A stretch of 64,000 bases of DNA from assembly GCA_964291215.2 (NCBI GenBank), contig OZ219790.1, forward strand, positions 576,001 to 640,000, in the 5' to 3' direction. Below, one piece after another: positions 45,334 to 54,898 of this stretch. A program made the position numbers and the translations under genes. The DNA is from Alphaproteobacteria bacterium. GTDB taxonomy: Bacteria > Pseudomonadota > Alphaproteobacteria > MPNO01 > UBA830. The notes under the pieces were generated by a model that saw only the letters and a list, made by a program, of their open reading frames with translations, was not told the origin of the DNA and searched no databases. The stretch's first letter is position 1. Every line of letters starts with the position of its first letter.

Positions 45334-46412
45334 CGATCCGTCCTGTATTCCTCGCGGGCGCCTGCAGCCCATGCAAGCCCATGCCCCAGCCCGTCCGAAG
45401 GCGTGATACAACCCCGTTCATCCATCGACCGGGGCTCGTCGAACAACGGTTCGAGAAGCGGAAAGTCCTCCATCCAGGCAACGGCTGGTGCCGCCGCGGC
45501 GACGTGAATGAAAAGCGCCGGGAGGAAATGCGGCGATACCGCCAGACTGTAGTGCTCAGCTATCTGCGCGACGCGCAGGCACTCGGTGATGCCGCCCATC
45601 ATGGCAAGATCCGGCTGAATAACCGAGACTGCCCGTGCCTCCATCAACGGCGCCAACTCCTCGACGCCCTGATGATGCTCGCCGGTCGCCAGGGCGACCG
45701 GACTGTTCCGCGCCAGCACGCGAAAACCATTGGTATCGTGCGCCGGAAGCGGCTCCTCAAACCACAGCGCATCCGCGTCCGCAAGTTTCCTCGCAAGCCA
45801 CTGTGCGCTGACAAGATCGCATTTTTCGTTTGCGTCGGCCATGAGCTGCATATGAGAGGGAAGCGCGTCAGCGACCGCCCTGATGCGCTCGGCGTCCGCC
45901 GAAGCGCCGGCGACGCGCAACTTGACGGCCTGACAGCCGGCTTCCGCATAATGACGGGCCCGTTCGGCTGCAGCACCGGGATCCTGCGCTGGCCCGAACC
46001 CGCCTGAACCGTACACCGGCAGGCTGCGTGGCGCCCCGCCGAGCGCGACGGCAAGCGGTACCCCAAGACGTCTGGCCCCGAGATCCCACATCGCCACGTC
46101 GATGGCGGCGATCGCGAGATAGCCGACCCCGCGCCCGAGGCGGTTCAGGGACCCGGCGAGGCGGCGCCACATGACCTGGGGCGGCTCCACGGGCTCATCC
46201 CTGACAAACCGGTCTAGCATGTCGCGCGCCGCAGCCACCACCGTGCTGCCGCCGCCGCCGAGGACATAGGAAAAGCCGCTGCCGACATGACCGGCCGAAT
46301 CCTCGAGATCGACGACGATCACGTCGACAGCGGTGATGCCGGAACCGCCCGTCGGCCCCGACAGCGGGAAGACCCAGAGTTCCGCCTCCGCCCTTACGAT
46401 GTGCGCCGTCAT
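45330..46412 (-). CDS. Mandelate racemase / enolase superfamily protein
   Basis: AAIDVAMWDL, KLR, MADAN, WFEEP, TGE, QPD, PH. Confidence 0.93.
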   Translation of the reverse strand: MTAHIVRAEAELWVFPLSGPTGGSGITAVDVIVVDLEDSAGHVGSGFSYVLGGGGSTVVAAARDMLDRFVRDEPVEPPQVMWRRLAGSLNRLGRGVGYLAIAAIDVAMWDLGARRLGVPLAVALGGAPRSLPVYGSGGFGPAQDPGAAAERARHYAEAGCQAVKLRVAGASADAERIRAVADALPSHMQLMADANEKCDLVSAQWLARKLADADALWFEEPLPAHDTNGFRVLARNSPVALATGEHHQGVEELAPLMEARAVSVIQPDLAMMGGITECLRVAQIAEHYSLAVSPHFLPALFIHVAAAAPAVAWMEDFPLLEPLFDEPRSMDERGCITPSDGLGHGLAWAAGAREEYRTDR

Positions 46413-46415
46413 CGT

Positions 46416-46817
46416 TTAGCCTGCCAGCGTCAGCGTCACCGTGTCGCCGTCCTCTATGTCGAGAGCCTCGCGCACGCCGACCGCTGCGATCACCTCCACC
46501 TGGGCCGGCGGATAGTTTTCGACGAGGGGGAGCACGATTGCGCCGTCGATGGTGCCGCCAACCCGGACCGGCCAGCATTTCGCATCACAGTCATGCGGCC
46601 CGTCTCCCGGATTCTCCACCGCAATTCCTGCCTGCCGCTTGAGACGGACCCAGACCGGAATCGATTCGGGATCGTCGACGATCACGTTGACTGTGCCCGG
46701 ATAGGGATCGATTCCGAGTCTCTCGACAAACTGGCGGCGCGCCCAATCGAGCCTGGTGAACGTCTTGCCCATGCCGATCCCTGTAGCAAGGCGGCCGACA
46801 AGAGTCTCTGCGGGCAT
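46416..46817 (-). CDS. Archaeal-type CTP-dependent riboflavin kinase homologue (DUF120)
   Basis: G.L..GIGMG..F, LGIDPYPGTVNV, VEVIA...VREALDIEDGD. Confidence 0.8.
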   Translation of the reverse strand: MPAETLVGRLATGIGMGKTFTRLDWARRQFVERLGIDPYPGTVNVIVDDPESIPVWVRLKRQAGIAVENPGDGPHDCDAKCWPVRVGGTIDGAIVLPLVENYPPAQVEVIAAVGVREALDIEDGDTVTLTLAG

Positions 46818-47671
46818 CAGGCGGCGCGGACAGGGACATCCATACGGCCGATGCCCTCGCAATAACAATGCATCACGTCACCCGGCGTAACCGGACCGAC
46901 GCCTTCGGGTGTGCCGGTCATGATAACGTCGCCGGGGAAAAGCGTATAGAAGCTCGAGCCGTAGGAGATCAGCTTACGGCAGTCGAAGATCAACTTGTCG
47001 GTATTCGAGTTCTGGCGCTCTTCATCGCCGACGTGAATCGTAAAATCGAGCTTGTCGGGATCGGCGATTTCGTCAGCGGTCACGAGCCACGGGCCAAGAA
47101 CGGAATAGCTGTCGATCGCCTTGCGCAGGCTCCGCTCCTCGGTGCCCCGCACCGTCATGTCGAGGCCGATCGCGTAGCCTGCCACATGATCGAGCGCGTC
47201 TTCGTAGGCGACATTCTTCGCCGTCTTTCCGATCACCATGGCGAGCTCGATCTCGTGATCGTTGCGGCGGTCCGTGAAATGCAACTCGACGCCCTCGCCC
47301 GGCCCGACGAGAACGGGGCTTTTCAGGAACAGCCCATACTCATCGATCGTCTTGATATCGCGGCCGAAGCTGACGCCCTCATCCTTGATCGATTCCTCCA
47401 TATGGGCGTGGTAGTTGACCGGCGCACCGATGACCTTGGTCGGGTTGGCGACCGGGCTCCTCAGCAGGACATCGTCCGCGGCGAAACGCGCGCCGGAACC
47501 GGCAAGGTCCCGCGCCCTCGCGCATACCGCATCGAGGTTCGTGATCAGGGCATCACCCTGGGGCTGGGGCCAGCGGGACGCAGGGATCGCGTCCAACGCG
47601 CCAGAAACGTCAATGACCTCTCCGCCTTCCGCAATGCCCAGACGGTCGTCGTTGAAACGGCAGAGCTTCAT
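46817..47671 (-). CDS. Fumarylacetoacetate hydrolase family protein (paralogue)
   Basis: NYHAH, DHEIELA, GLDMT, PGDVIMTGTPEG. Confidence 0.94.
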   Translation of the reverse strand: MKLCRFNDDRLGIAEGGEVIDVSGALDAIPASRWPQPQGDALITNLDAVCARARDLAGSGARFAADDVLLRSPVANPTKVIGAPVNYHAHMEESIKDEGVSFGRDIKTIDEYGLFLKSPVLVGPGEGVELHFTDRRNDHEIELAMVIGKTAKNVAYEDALDHVAGYAIGLDMTVRGTEERSLRKAIDSYSVLGPWLVTADEIADPDKLDFTIHVGDEERQNSNTDKLIFDCRKLISYGSSFYTLFPGDVIMTGTPEGVGPVTPGDVMHCYCEGIGRMDVPVRAA

Positions 47672-47794
47672 CTCTTCCTCCCCTGTTCCACACAATGAAG
47701 ATCCGGCTGCGCGGTCCTGTCCGCCAGCGCGAGAGGACCGCCTCCGCGGCCTGCTTGACTTCCCGGCTCCGGCACATAGGATGCTTGCCGAAGC

Positions 47795-47868
47795 GCGGGT
47801 GTAGCTCAATGGCAGAGCAGAAGCTTCCCAAGCTTACGACGAGGGTTCGATTCCCTTCACCCGCTCCA
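47795..47868 (+). tRNA. tRNA-Gly(CCC)
   Basis: GCGGGTG acceptor, anticodon loop TTCCCAA, GGTTCGATTCC, CCA end. Confidence 0.96.
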
Positions 47869-47874
47869 GTCCCG

Positions 47875-48627
47875 CTACAAGCCCGGTTGCGTATAGCCCA
47901 ACCATTGGGGCGGAACAACTTTGCGTTCGATCGCCCGGTCGACATAGTACTTCCAGAGCTTGGCAACGTGCCTGGCGCGATCGAACCGCCGCGTGAAGGC
48001 CGCGAGTTCGGCATCGGAAAGCGGATCGACGGCGCCGGTCGCCGCTGCATACCAGAACGCCCGGGCGTTTTCCTCGAAGTGCACCGAATCAACGAGCAGC
48101 GCCGGCACGCTCTCGGCAAGCAGCACGACGCCGTGGGCACGGATGAGGGCAGCATTGCAGGCCCCTAGCGTCGCTGCCAACGCGCGGCCGGCCGCGGGGG
48201 TGTTGATGTGGCCGGAATCGGGGTGAACCGGTATTCCGCCTGCCCAGCGCGCTGCATGATTTTTCACGGCGGTCAGCCCTGCGTCCTTGATGACGCTGAA
48301 GACCGTTGCGATCTCAGGATGAAAATGTCCGACCGCATTGACCTCAGGGCGCGCGGCGAGGATCTCGGTATGAATAAACACCTCACGCGGCGGCGCCTTT
48401 CCCGCAGCGCCCTCGACGAGGCCCCCGTCCATATCGCAAATCAGCAGGTCATCGGGGGTGACGCCGGAGCGGGGATCGTCGTAGCACTGTATAACGATGC
48501 CGGATCCGTCGGGCAGTCGCACGCTGACATGCCCGGAATAGTCGATCAATCCCTCCATGTTGAGGATGCGCGTACAGGCCGCGACTTCTGCGCGCAGTGA
48601 CAGCCGCCTGTCGGTGTCCGGCGTCAC
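47875..48627 (-). CDS. Class II aldolase/adducin family protein
   Basis: SGHVSVR, E.FIH.EI..ARP, HFH, AHG. Confidence 0.92.
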   Translation of the reverse strand: MTPDTDRRLSLRAEVAACTRILNMEGLIDYSGHVSVRLPDGSGIVIQCYDDPRSGVTPDDLLICDMDGGLVEGAAGKAPPREVFIHTEILAARPEVNAVGHFHPEIATVFSVIKDAGLTAVKNHAARWAGGIPVHPDSGHINTPAAGRALAATLGACNAALIRAHGVVLLAESVPALLVDSVHFEENARAFWYAAATGAVDPLSDAELAAFTRRFDRARHVAKLWKYYVDRAIERKVVPPQWLGYTQPGL

Positions 48628-49250
48628 GGCTTGCGCCCGACGATATGGAAGATGTGCCAGTGCTTGAATTCGCCGCGCGGTGTCACGCTGTCATCCTCCT
48701 CTTCCTCGAAATACTCGATTTCGAGACCCGACAGGAATCGCTCGGCCTCGGAACGGGAAAGATGGGTCATGGACGGATTGCCCGACCAGCTGTCCCGCTC
48801 GCCGAAGAGCTGGCCGGAAAAGCGGCCGCCGGAGCGTAGCGCTGCGACGATCTTGCGCCACACCGCCGGGAAGACCGGCCGGGGGCAAAGCGGCAGCGAA
48901 AAGCCGGCATTGGCAAGATCGCAGCGCGGCATCTCCAACTCCTCGTGACGGCAGACGAGCGTACTGATGGCAGCCCCGGGCGGCAGGTCACCGCGGGCCA
49001 GAAGCGCCGCAATGGCCTCTTCGGCGGCATCGACGGCAAGCACTGGCCAGCCCCTCCGCAGGATCTCGATGGTGTCGCGTCCCGACCCGCAGCCGAGATC
49101 AACGGCCAGGGCGTCCCGCGACCGGCCTTCCAAATCAAAACTGTCGAGGGCCCGGATCAGGGTCGGGCGCGGCGGGCGGTGTCCTGTCTTCCGGTAGTAC
49201 AGCGTCCAGTCCGGCCCCGACAGGCGATCACAAGAAGTTGTTTCCGCCAT
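48624..49250 (-). CDS. Class I SAM-dependent methyltransferase
   Basis: VDLGCGSG, LAVD, GGRFSGQLFG; start uncertain. Confidence 0.88.
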   Translation of the reverse strand: MAETTSCDRLSGPDWTLYYRKTGHRPPRPTLIRALDSFDLEGRSRDALAVDLGCGSGRDTIEILRRGWPVLAVDAAEEAIAALLARGDLPPGAAISTLVCRHEELEMPRCDLANAGFSLPLCPRPVFPAVWRKIVAALRSGGRFSGQLFGERDSWSGNPSMTHLSRSEAERFLSGLEIEYFEEEEDDSVTPRGEFKHWHIFHIVGRKP

Positions 49251-50043
49251 CCACGATCATCCCCTGCCCGGTCATGTACGCCGCCTCGTCTGAACAAAGG
49301 AACAGCATCGCCTTGGCCAGATCATGGATCGTTCCCTGTCTTGGCAGGCACTGGGAATCCGTGAACTTTGCGAACATCTCGCGCGGCACGGAAGGCCGTT
49401 CGACTTCAGTCTGCATGACGCCCGGCCAAAACGTGTTCACGGTGATCCCGTATGGGCCGACCTCGCGCGCCATCGACCGCGTCATGCCGATCATCGCCGA
49501 CTTGGTGGTGATGTAATGCAGATAGTTCGGGCGGCCGAGCTTCGTCGTACCGGAGGAAACGTTGATGATGCGCCCCCACCGGGCCTCTATCATGTGGCGG
49601 ACGACAGCGCGCGAACACCAGAAGGCGCCGTTCACATTGACGTCGACGGCACGCAACCATTCGTCGCCCGGCAATTCCCAGAACGGCGCCATCGTGATCC
49701 GGGAAAACACAGCGGCGTTGTTGATCAGCACGTCGATCCGCCCGAAGGCATCCATGGTGGCGGCAGCCATCTCGTTGGCCGAATCCTCGACCGCAACATC
49801 GACTTCGAGAGCGAGCCCGCGACCGCCGTTTTCCTCGATTTCGCCAACGACCTTGCGAGCGTTGTCGGCATTGATGTCGGCAACCACCGGGATGGCACCC
49901 TGGGCAGCAAAATAGTGCGCGTAGCCCCTGCCTATCGCTTGTCCGCCGCCGGTGATGATGACCACACGATCCCTGAGGCTCTCGTAACTGACGTTCCTGT
50001 CGACGTCGATGGTCGTGTAGTCAATGTGACCGATCTCGGTCAT
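49228..50043 (-). CDS. SDR family oxidoreductase
   Basis: TGGGQAIG, NNAA, YITTK. Confidence 0.95.
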   Translation of the reverse strand: MTEIGHIDYTTIDVDRNVSYESLRDRVVIITGGGQAIGRGYAHYFAAQGAIPVVADINADNARKVVGEIEENGGRGLALEVDVAVEDSANEMAAATMDAFGRIDVLINNAAVFSRITMAPFWELPGDEWLRAVDVNVNGAFWCSRAVVRHMIEARWGRIINVSSGTTKLGRPNYLHYITTKSAMIGMTRSMAREVGPYGITVNTFWPGVMQTEVERPSVPREMFAKFTDSQCLPRQGTIHDLAKAMLFLCSDEAAYMTGQGMIVDGGNNFL

Positions 50044-50160
50044 AGCCGTTCTCCCTTGTCGTGGACCGCAACAGCCGTCGACCCGGCCGCCGACCGCAGT
50101 CTAGCGCGGAGGCCACGCATGACAAACCGCGCCGGGGCCGGCGGCGACCGGAGGTAACGG

Positions 50161-50820
50161 TCAACAGCAAAGCCGGTCGACGGCATCGAGAAGCGCTTCC
50201 AGATCGGGATCAGAGAAGCCGGCGCCCTGCAGGGCGTCGACAGTCCGGGCGAGGTAGTCCCGGCAACTTCCGAACTTTCCGGATGCGGATGCGATGTACG
50301 CCGCCACGTCGGCCGCCGGGAGGCAGCCGGCATATTGCGGATGCTCGGGGGCAGCCACGAAGGTCAGCGCCGGAACGAGCTCTTGCCCGGTCTTCACCTC
50401 CACCCACGCTGGACGGTAGGTGGACGTCCACATCTCACGTTCCCATAGCGGCTCGAGTTCCGGCGCGGCTGTGCCGGGAGGCAGGGTAAACAGCATCCCC
50501 TCACACAGCGCGCCTTCACATCTCTCGAGCGCGAATCCGAGGCCAGGCTTGCCCGGTGTGCCGCGAGCATGTACCGACCAGATCGAAAACTGCCGGCAAT
50601 AGCCTTCGAGCGTTGCGCTGCGGCTGTCCGCAACCTCGAAACACGGATTCCATATCAGGGAGCCGTAGGCGAAGACACTGATGCTGTCGAGCAGCGGAGC
50701 GTGTGCAAGGGTTTCGGCAAGGGATCGCAGACGGACCTCGCAGCTGACCGGGACGGCGGGCTCCAAGGGCGGCGGGTTGCCTCCGATGGGGTGCATTCCC
50801 GTGCGTTCTCGTGTCGTCAT
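50161..50820 (-). CDS. chaC: ChaC-family gamma-glutamylcyclotransferase
   Basis: VFAYGSLIW, RGT...PGL, LWEREM. Confidence 0.88.
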   Translation of the reverse strand: MTTRERTGMHPIGGNPPPLEPAVPVSCEVRLRSLAETLAHAPLLDSISVFAYGSLIWNPCFEVADSRSATLEGYCRQFSIWSVHARGTPGKPGLGFALERCEGALCEGMLFTLPPGTAAPELEPLWEREMWTSTYRPAWVEVKTGQELVPALTFVAAPEHPQYAGCLPAADVAAYIASASGKFGSCRDYLARTVDALQGAGFSDPDLEALLDAVDRLCC

Positions 50821-50860
50821 GCGCGGCCCGCTTCGGCGATGGCGGCAGTTGTCCGGGCGT

Positions 50861-52075
50861 TCAGATCACGTCCTGCCGACGCAGGGCTTCGAGGTCATCG
50901 TCACCGAGCCCAAGTTGCTCGCGGAGCACCGCCTCCGTATGCTCGCCGAGCATTGGCGGGGCGTACCGGTACTCGACCGGGGTACCGGAAAGCCGCATCG
51001 GGCTTCCTATCAGCGCCACGCCGCCGAGAGAATGGTCCATGTTGACAACCATTTCTCGCGCCCGGACGTGAGGCTCGTCAAAGACATCTTCGAGGTTGTT
51101 GATCGGACCGCAGCCGATGTTTCGTTCCTCAAGGCCGCTCAGCCACTCCGCGGAAGACCGGGCGGCAAAGATCTCGTGCAACACCGGCAGGAGAGACTGG
51201 CGGTTCCGGACTCGTGAATCGTTGGTTGCGTAGTCCGGATCCCGAGCAAGATCGGCGCGGCCTGCAAGATCGCAAAACCGCTGGAATTGTCCGTCATTGC
51301 CGATAGCAACGATGATGTATCCGTCAGCCGTCCGGAACGGCTGATAGGGAACGATATTGGGGTGGGCATTGCCCAGACGGCCCAGTGAGCCGCCATGCAG
51401 GTAGTTCATTCCCGCGTTCGCCAGCATGGCGACGGTCGTATCCATCATCCCGATGTCGATATACTGGCCTTCCCCGAACACGGCGGCATGACGCAATGCC
51501 GCGCAGATCGCCACCGCCGCATACATCCCGGCCATCAGGTCGGCAATTGGAACGCCCACCTTTTGGGGTTCGCCGTCAACCTCACCGGTAATCGACATCA
51601 ACCCGCCCATTCCCTGCAGCAGGAAATCGTAGCCCGGGCGCGGCGCGTAAGGTCCCGTCTGACCGAACCCGGTCACCGAACAGTAGACAAGACCGGGATT
51701 CCCTTCCTTCAGGTTCTCGTAACCGAGTCCGTATCTGGCGAGATTGCCAATCTTGAAGTTCTCCACCACGCACTGGGCCCCGGCCGCGAGGCGGCGAACG
51801 ATTTCGGCGCCCTCCGGCCGTGCGATGTCAAGCGCAACGGATTTCTTGTTCCGGTTCGCGCCCATGTAGTAGGCACTTTCACCGGTGTCCCTGCCCTCAC
51901 CGTCCTGTACGAAGGGCGGAGCGAACTTGCGGGTATCGTCCCCGCTACCCGGGCGCTCGACCTTGATCACTTCCGCGCCGAGATCGCCGAGCATCTGGGT
52001 ACATGTCGGCCCGGCGAGCACGCGAGTGAGGTCGAGTACCGTAATGCCGGAGAGAGGCCCGACGCCACTTGTCAT
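50861..52075 (-). CDS. Class III CoA transferase (CaiB/BaiF)
   Basis: DLTRVLAGP, GAEVIKVE, NRNKKS, ENF, PGYD. Confidence 0.96.
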   Translation of the reverse strand: MTSGVGPLSGITVLDLTRVLAGPTCTQMLGDLGAEVIKVERPGSGDDTRKFAPPFVQDGEGRDTGESAYYMGANRNKKSVALDIARPEGAEIVRRLAAGAQCVVENFKIGNLARYGLGYENLKEGNPGLVYCSVTGFGQTGPYAPRPGYDFLLQGMGGLMSITGEVDGEPQKVGVPIADLMAGMYAAVAICAALRHAAVFGEGQYIDIGMMDTTVAMLANAGMNYLHGGSLGRLGNAHPNIVPYQPFRTADGYIIVAIGNDGQFQRFCDLAGRADLARDPDYATNDSRVRNRQSLLPVLHEIFAARSSAEWLSGLEERNIGCGPINNLEDVFDEPHVRAREMVVNMDHSLGGVALIGSPMRLSGTPVEYRYAPPMLGEHTEAVLREQLGLGDDDLEALRRQDVI

Positions 52076-53664
52076 GATTCTGCACCTTCGCGGTACCCCG
52101 GGCTTTCGAGAAGCATTGCACCTGTGCCCAGGTCCGGGAAATGTTCCGCCCGGAACGACGACCAGGCAACCGGATCCTCGGCGGACTCGTCTTCAACGAT
52201 CATCTCGAACACCATTTCGCCAGGTGCCCCGGGCGTAACCTCGATCCATCGCGCCATGCAGTGCGAGGTGAAGGGGTTGTCCGCCGGGACGCCGTCGACG
52301 GAGCAGATTCCGCCATAGGTAATGAAGGTGTTTCCGGACGCGGGCAAGCGGCAAGCGCCGCTCTGGAAGCTCGAGAAGACACCGTGGTCGCGCTGGCCCC
52401 ACTCCCACACCTGGCGAACCGTTCCCGCCACCGCGTCAACCGCGAACTCGACGGCACGGCTGTAATTCTCGGGGGGTGCCGTCTTCTCGGCGAACGGGCA
52501 GGCACGGTGGTTGCCGTTATCGAAACACATCACGGTTCCATTCCCGGTCACCGAACAATCATGCTGATGATACTGCCACTCCAGATCCGTCCCGGCCGCG
52601 AGGAGGACATCTTTCCATGGCGCCCGCCAGTTCGCATGAGTTCCGAGTATCCATTTCACCGTGCCGCTGGATCGGTCGATCTTGACGAGACAATCCTGAT
52701 GCCGCAACGACGCCACGAAACTGTCGTCCGCGGGATCGTAGGCCAGGGCGTTCGTGTGACTCCAGTCATAGGTATCGGCATACCCGCGGCTCACCCAGTA
52801 CCCGCTGAGGCTGCCGTAGCAGATGCGATGCGAATCGAGCAGGTCGAGAAGCGCATAGCGGTTGACCACCGTCCCATCGCGCGAGAATTCCACGATCACG
52901 TCACCGACGACCCGCGCAGGCGCCACACCCGCCTCGGGATCCTCGTCGGAAGCCGGGAAGTGATCTATGTCGCGAATCTCCATGCTGCAGACCGCCAGGT
53001 TTCCTGACGGCAACTCGATCGCCGCATGATGGAACATGTTCGTCTCGACCGCGACCGAACTCGCAGGCGGGCGACGATCCTTCCAGCGCTCTGCCGCATG
53101 CCAGTCTCCCACCGTGTTGCCCAACAGATCGATCTCGCGCAGCCGGCCGTCGGTCATGAAAAGAACGTTGCCGTTGGCCAGCCGCCTGATATCACCAGCG
53201 GCCTCATCGAGCTGGTAGCTCCAGATAATCTCGCCGAACTTGTCCACGGCAATCATGAGCCCGAATCCGGGGCGATGTTCCGAAAACGGGCTGTAACGGA
53301 CATTGAACATCATCGCACCCGGCTCGCGCCGTTCAGGGAGGCAGGAGCGGAGCTTGACCGGCGGAAATCCCTCTGGCAGCGCCGGGGTGGCAAAGGTCAG
53401 GGAACCAGCCGTTAGCCGCTCCGCGCCTTCGACCGCCCCTACGGTCACCGCAATGTCATAGACCGTGCCGAAACGGAGGCCGATGACCGGAATCCTGTAA
53501 CTCCCTCCAGAATCCGAATCGCTTTCAACCTGCCGCGTGTACTTGTCGTCGACAAGCCGAATGACCGCGTGCGATGGAATGTCGGTAGCAAACTCGACGA
53601 TTGCCGCCAGAGGCATCTGGCGGTTCGGATTGGGAATGACGGCCGGAACTCTCGTGAACTCCAC
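52072..53664 (-). CDS. Aryl-sulfate sulfotransferase (ASST) family protein, no obvious signal peptide
   Basis: FHH, DWSHTNA, SLRHQD, WILG, HQHD, FDNG, SRAVEF; GTG start after GGAGGG. Confidence 0.88.
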   Translation of the reverse strand: MEFTRVPAVIPNPNRQMPLAAIVEFATDIPSHAVIRLVDDKYTRQVESDSDSGGSYRIPVIGLRFGTVYDIAVTVGAVEGAERLTAGSLTFATPALPEGFPPVKLRSCLPERREPGAMMFNVRYSPFSEHRPGFGLMIAVDKFGEIIWSYQLDEAAGDIRRLANGNVLFMTDGRLREIDLLGNTVGDWHAAERWKDRRPPASSVAVETNMFHHAAIELPSGNLAVCSMEIRDIDHFPASDEDPEAGVAPARVVGDVIVEFSRDGTVVNRYALLDLLDSHRICYGSLSGYWVSRGYADTYDWSHTNALAYDPADDSFVASLRHQDCLVKIDRSSGTVKWILGTHANWRAPWKDVLLAAGTDLEWQYHQHDCSVTGNGTVMCFDNGNHRACPFAEKTAPPENYSRAVEFAVDAVAGTVRQVWEWGQRDHGVFSSFQSGACRLPASGNTFITYGGICSVDGVPADNPFTSHCMARWIEVTPGAPGEMVFEMIVEDESAEDPVAWSSFRAEHFPDLGTGAMLLESPGYREGAES

Positions 53665-54023
53665 TGTGAAACTCCCTCCGTCCAATGCACTCCCGGCGCA
53701 CGGCCTGCCGCTCCGCGGTTGGTTCCGCACCACGGCGCAAGAACAATAGACAAGTCGCAAATGCCGTCAACTCCGGTCTCGTCAGGGACCGGATACTCCT
53801 GACGCCAGATCCTCGAATCCGGCGCAAGGAGATGCAGCCGGAAATCCTGCCCGCTGCTTCCCGCGCCTCCCGGAGGCTTCCGCCCGAGGGCCCGTTCGAT
53901 TAGATTGGCGTTCCACGCCCATGATGCCGTCGGCAACCCGCCCCGCGTGCACTCGTCCACAACCTTCGGCAGCATCCGCACAAACCCCGCGCTGCGATGC
54001 AACCGCCGTGCCCCGGTCCTTGA

Positions 54024-54794
54024 ATGATTGAATTTCTGTCCATTACTCCGGAAATCGACGGCTGGGTGTTCATCGGATTTACCCTGCTCGCCGCCTTCAC
54101 CGCGGCCTTCGGTGTGGTTGCGGGGCTTGGTGGCGGCATACTGATGATCGGCACGATGGCAATGGTGCTTCCGGCTGCGGCGCTGATCCCCCTGCACGGC
54201 GCAGTTCAGGCAGGCACCAACTTCACACGCATCCTGATCATGCGCCGCCTCGTGATTTACCGCACCATTGTGCCCTTCGCCGCTGGCGCCTTGGTCGGCG
54301 GGTCGGCTGGCGGAAGCATGGTCGTGTCCCTTCCGCCCGCGGTTCTGCAGGCGGTGCTCGGCGCATTTCTTCTCTATGTCACCTGGACGCCGCGGATTAC
54401 CGCCGGAGCGCCGTCCCGCCGGCGCTTTGTCGTTCTCGGCCTCGCCGGCGGCATGATTTCCATGTTCGTGGGAGCCACGGGCACGCTTCTGGCCCCCTGG
54501 GTGCGCGGCGTGAGCGACGACCGCCGCATCTTCGTCGCCACCCATGCTGCGATCATGATGTTCGTCCACCTTCTCAAGGTGGTTGTGTTCGGCATTCTCG
54601 GATTCGCATTTTTCGACTATCTTCCGTTGCTCGCAGCGATGATAGCGATGAGCTTTGTCGGCAACTGGGTCGGCGTGAAACTTCTGAACCGGATGCCGGA
54701 GCGGATCTTTCGGCGGGTATTCCAGATCACCCTGACCCTGCTGGCCCTGCGGCTGTTGTGGAGCGCCGTCGGAGAGGCGGGGCTGTCCGTCTGA
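54024..54794 (+). CDS. TauE/SafE family sulfite exporter-like membrane protein
   Basis: GLGGG, GATG, multiple hydrophobic helices. Confidence 0.88.
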   Translation: MIEFLSITPEIDGWVFIGFTLLAAFTAAFGVVAGLGGGILMIGTMAMVLPAAALIPLHGAVQAGTNFTRILIMRRLVIYRTIVPFAAGALVGGSAGGSMVVSLPPAVLQAVLGAFLLYVTWTPRITAGAPSRRRFVVLGLAGGMISMFVGATGTLLAPWVRGVSDDRRIFVATHAAIMMFVHLLKVVVFGILGFAFFDYLPLLAAMIAMSFVGNWVGVKLLNRMPERIFRRVFQITLTLLALRLLWSAVGEAGLSV

Positions 54795-54898
54795 CCCCCG
54801 CGGCCGCGGATTATTGACCTCTTGCGCACCGGATCGCTATGTATTGTGCGATACCATCGAGCGCCATGAATGGCACTGACAAAGCATCGGAAAGTCCC

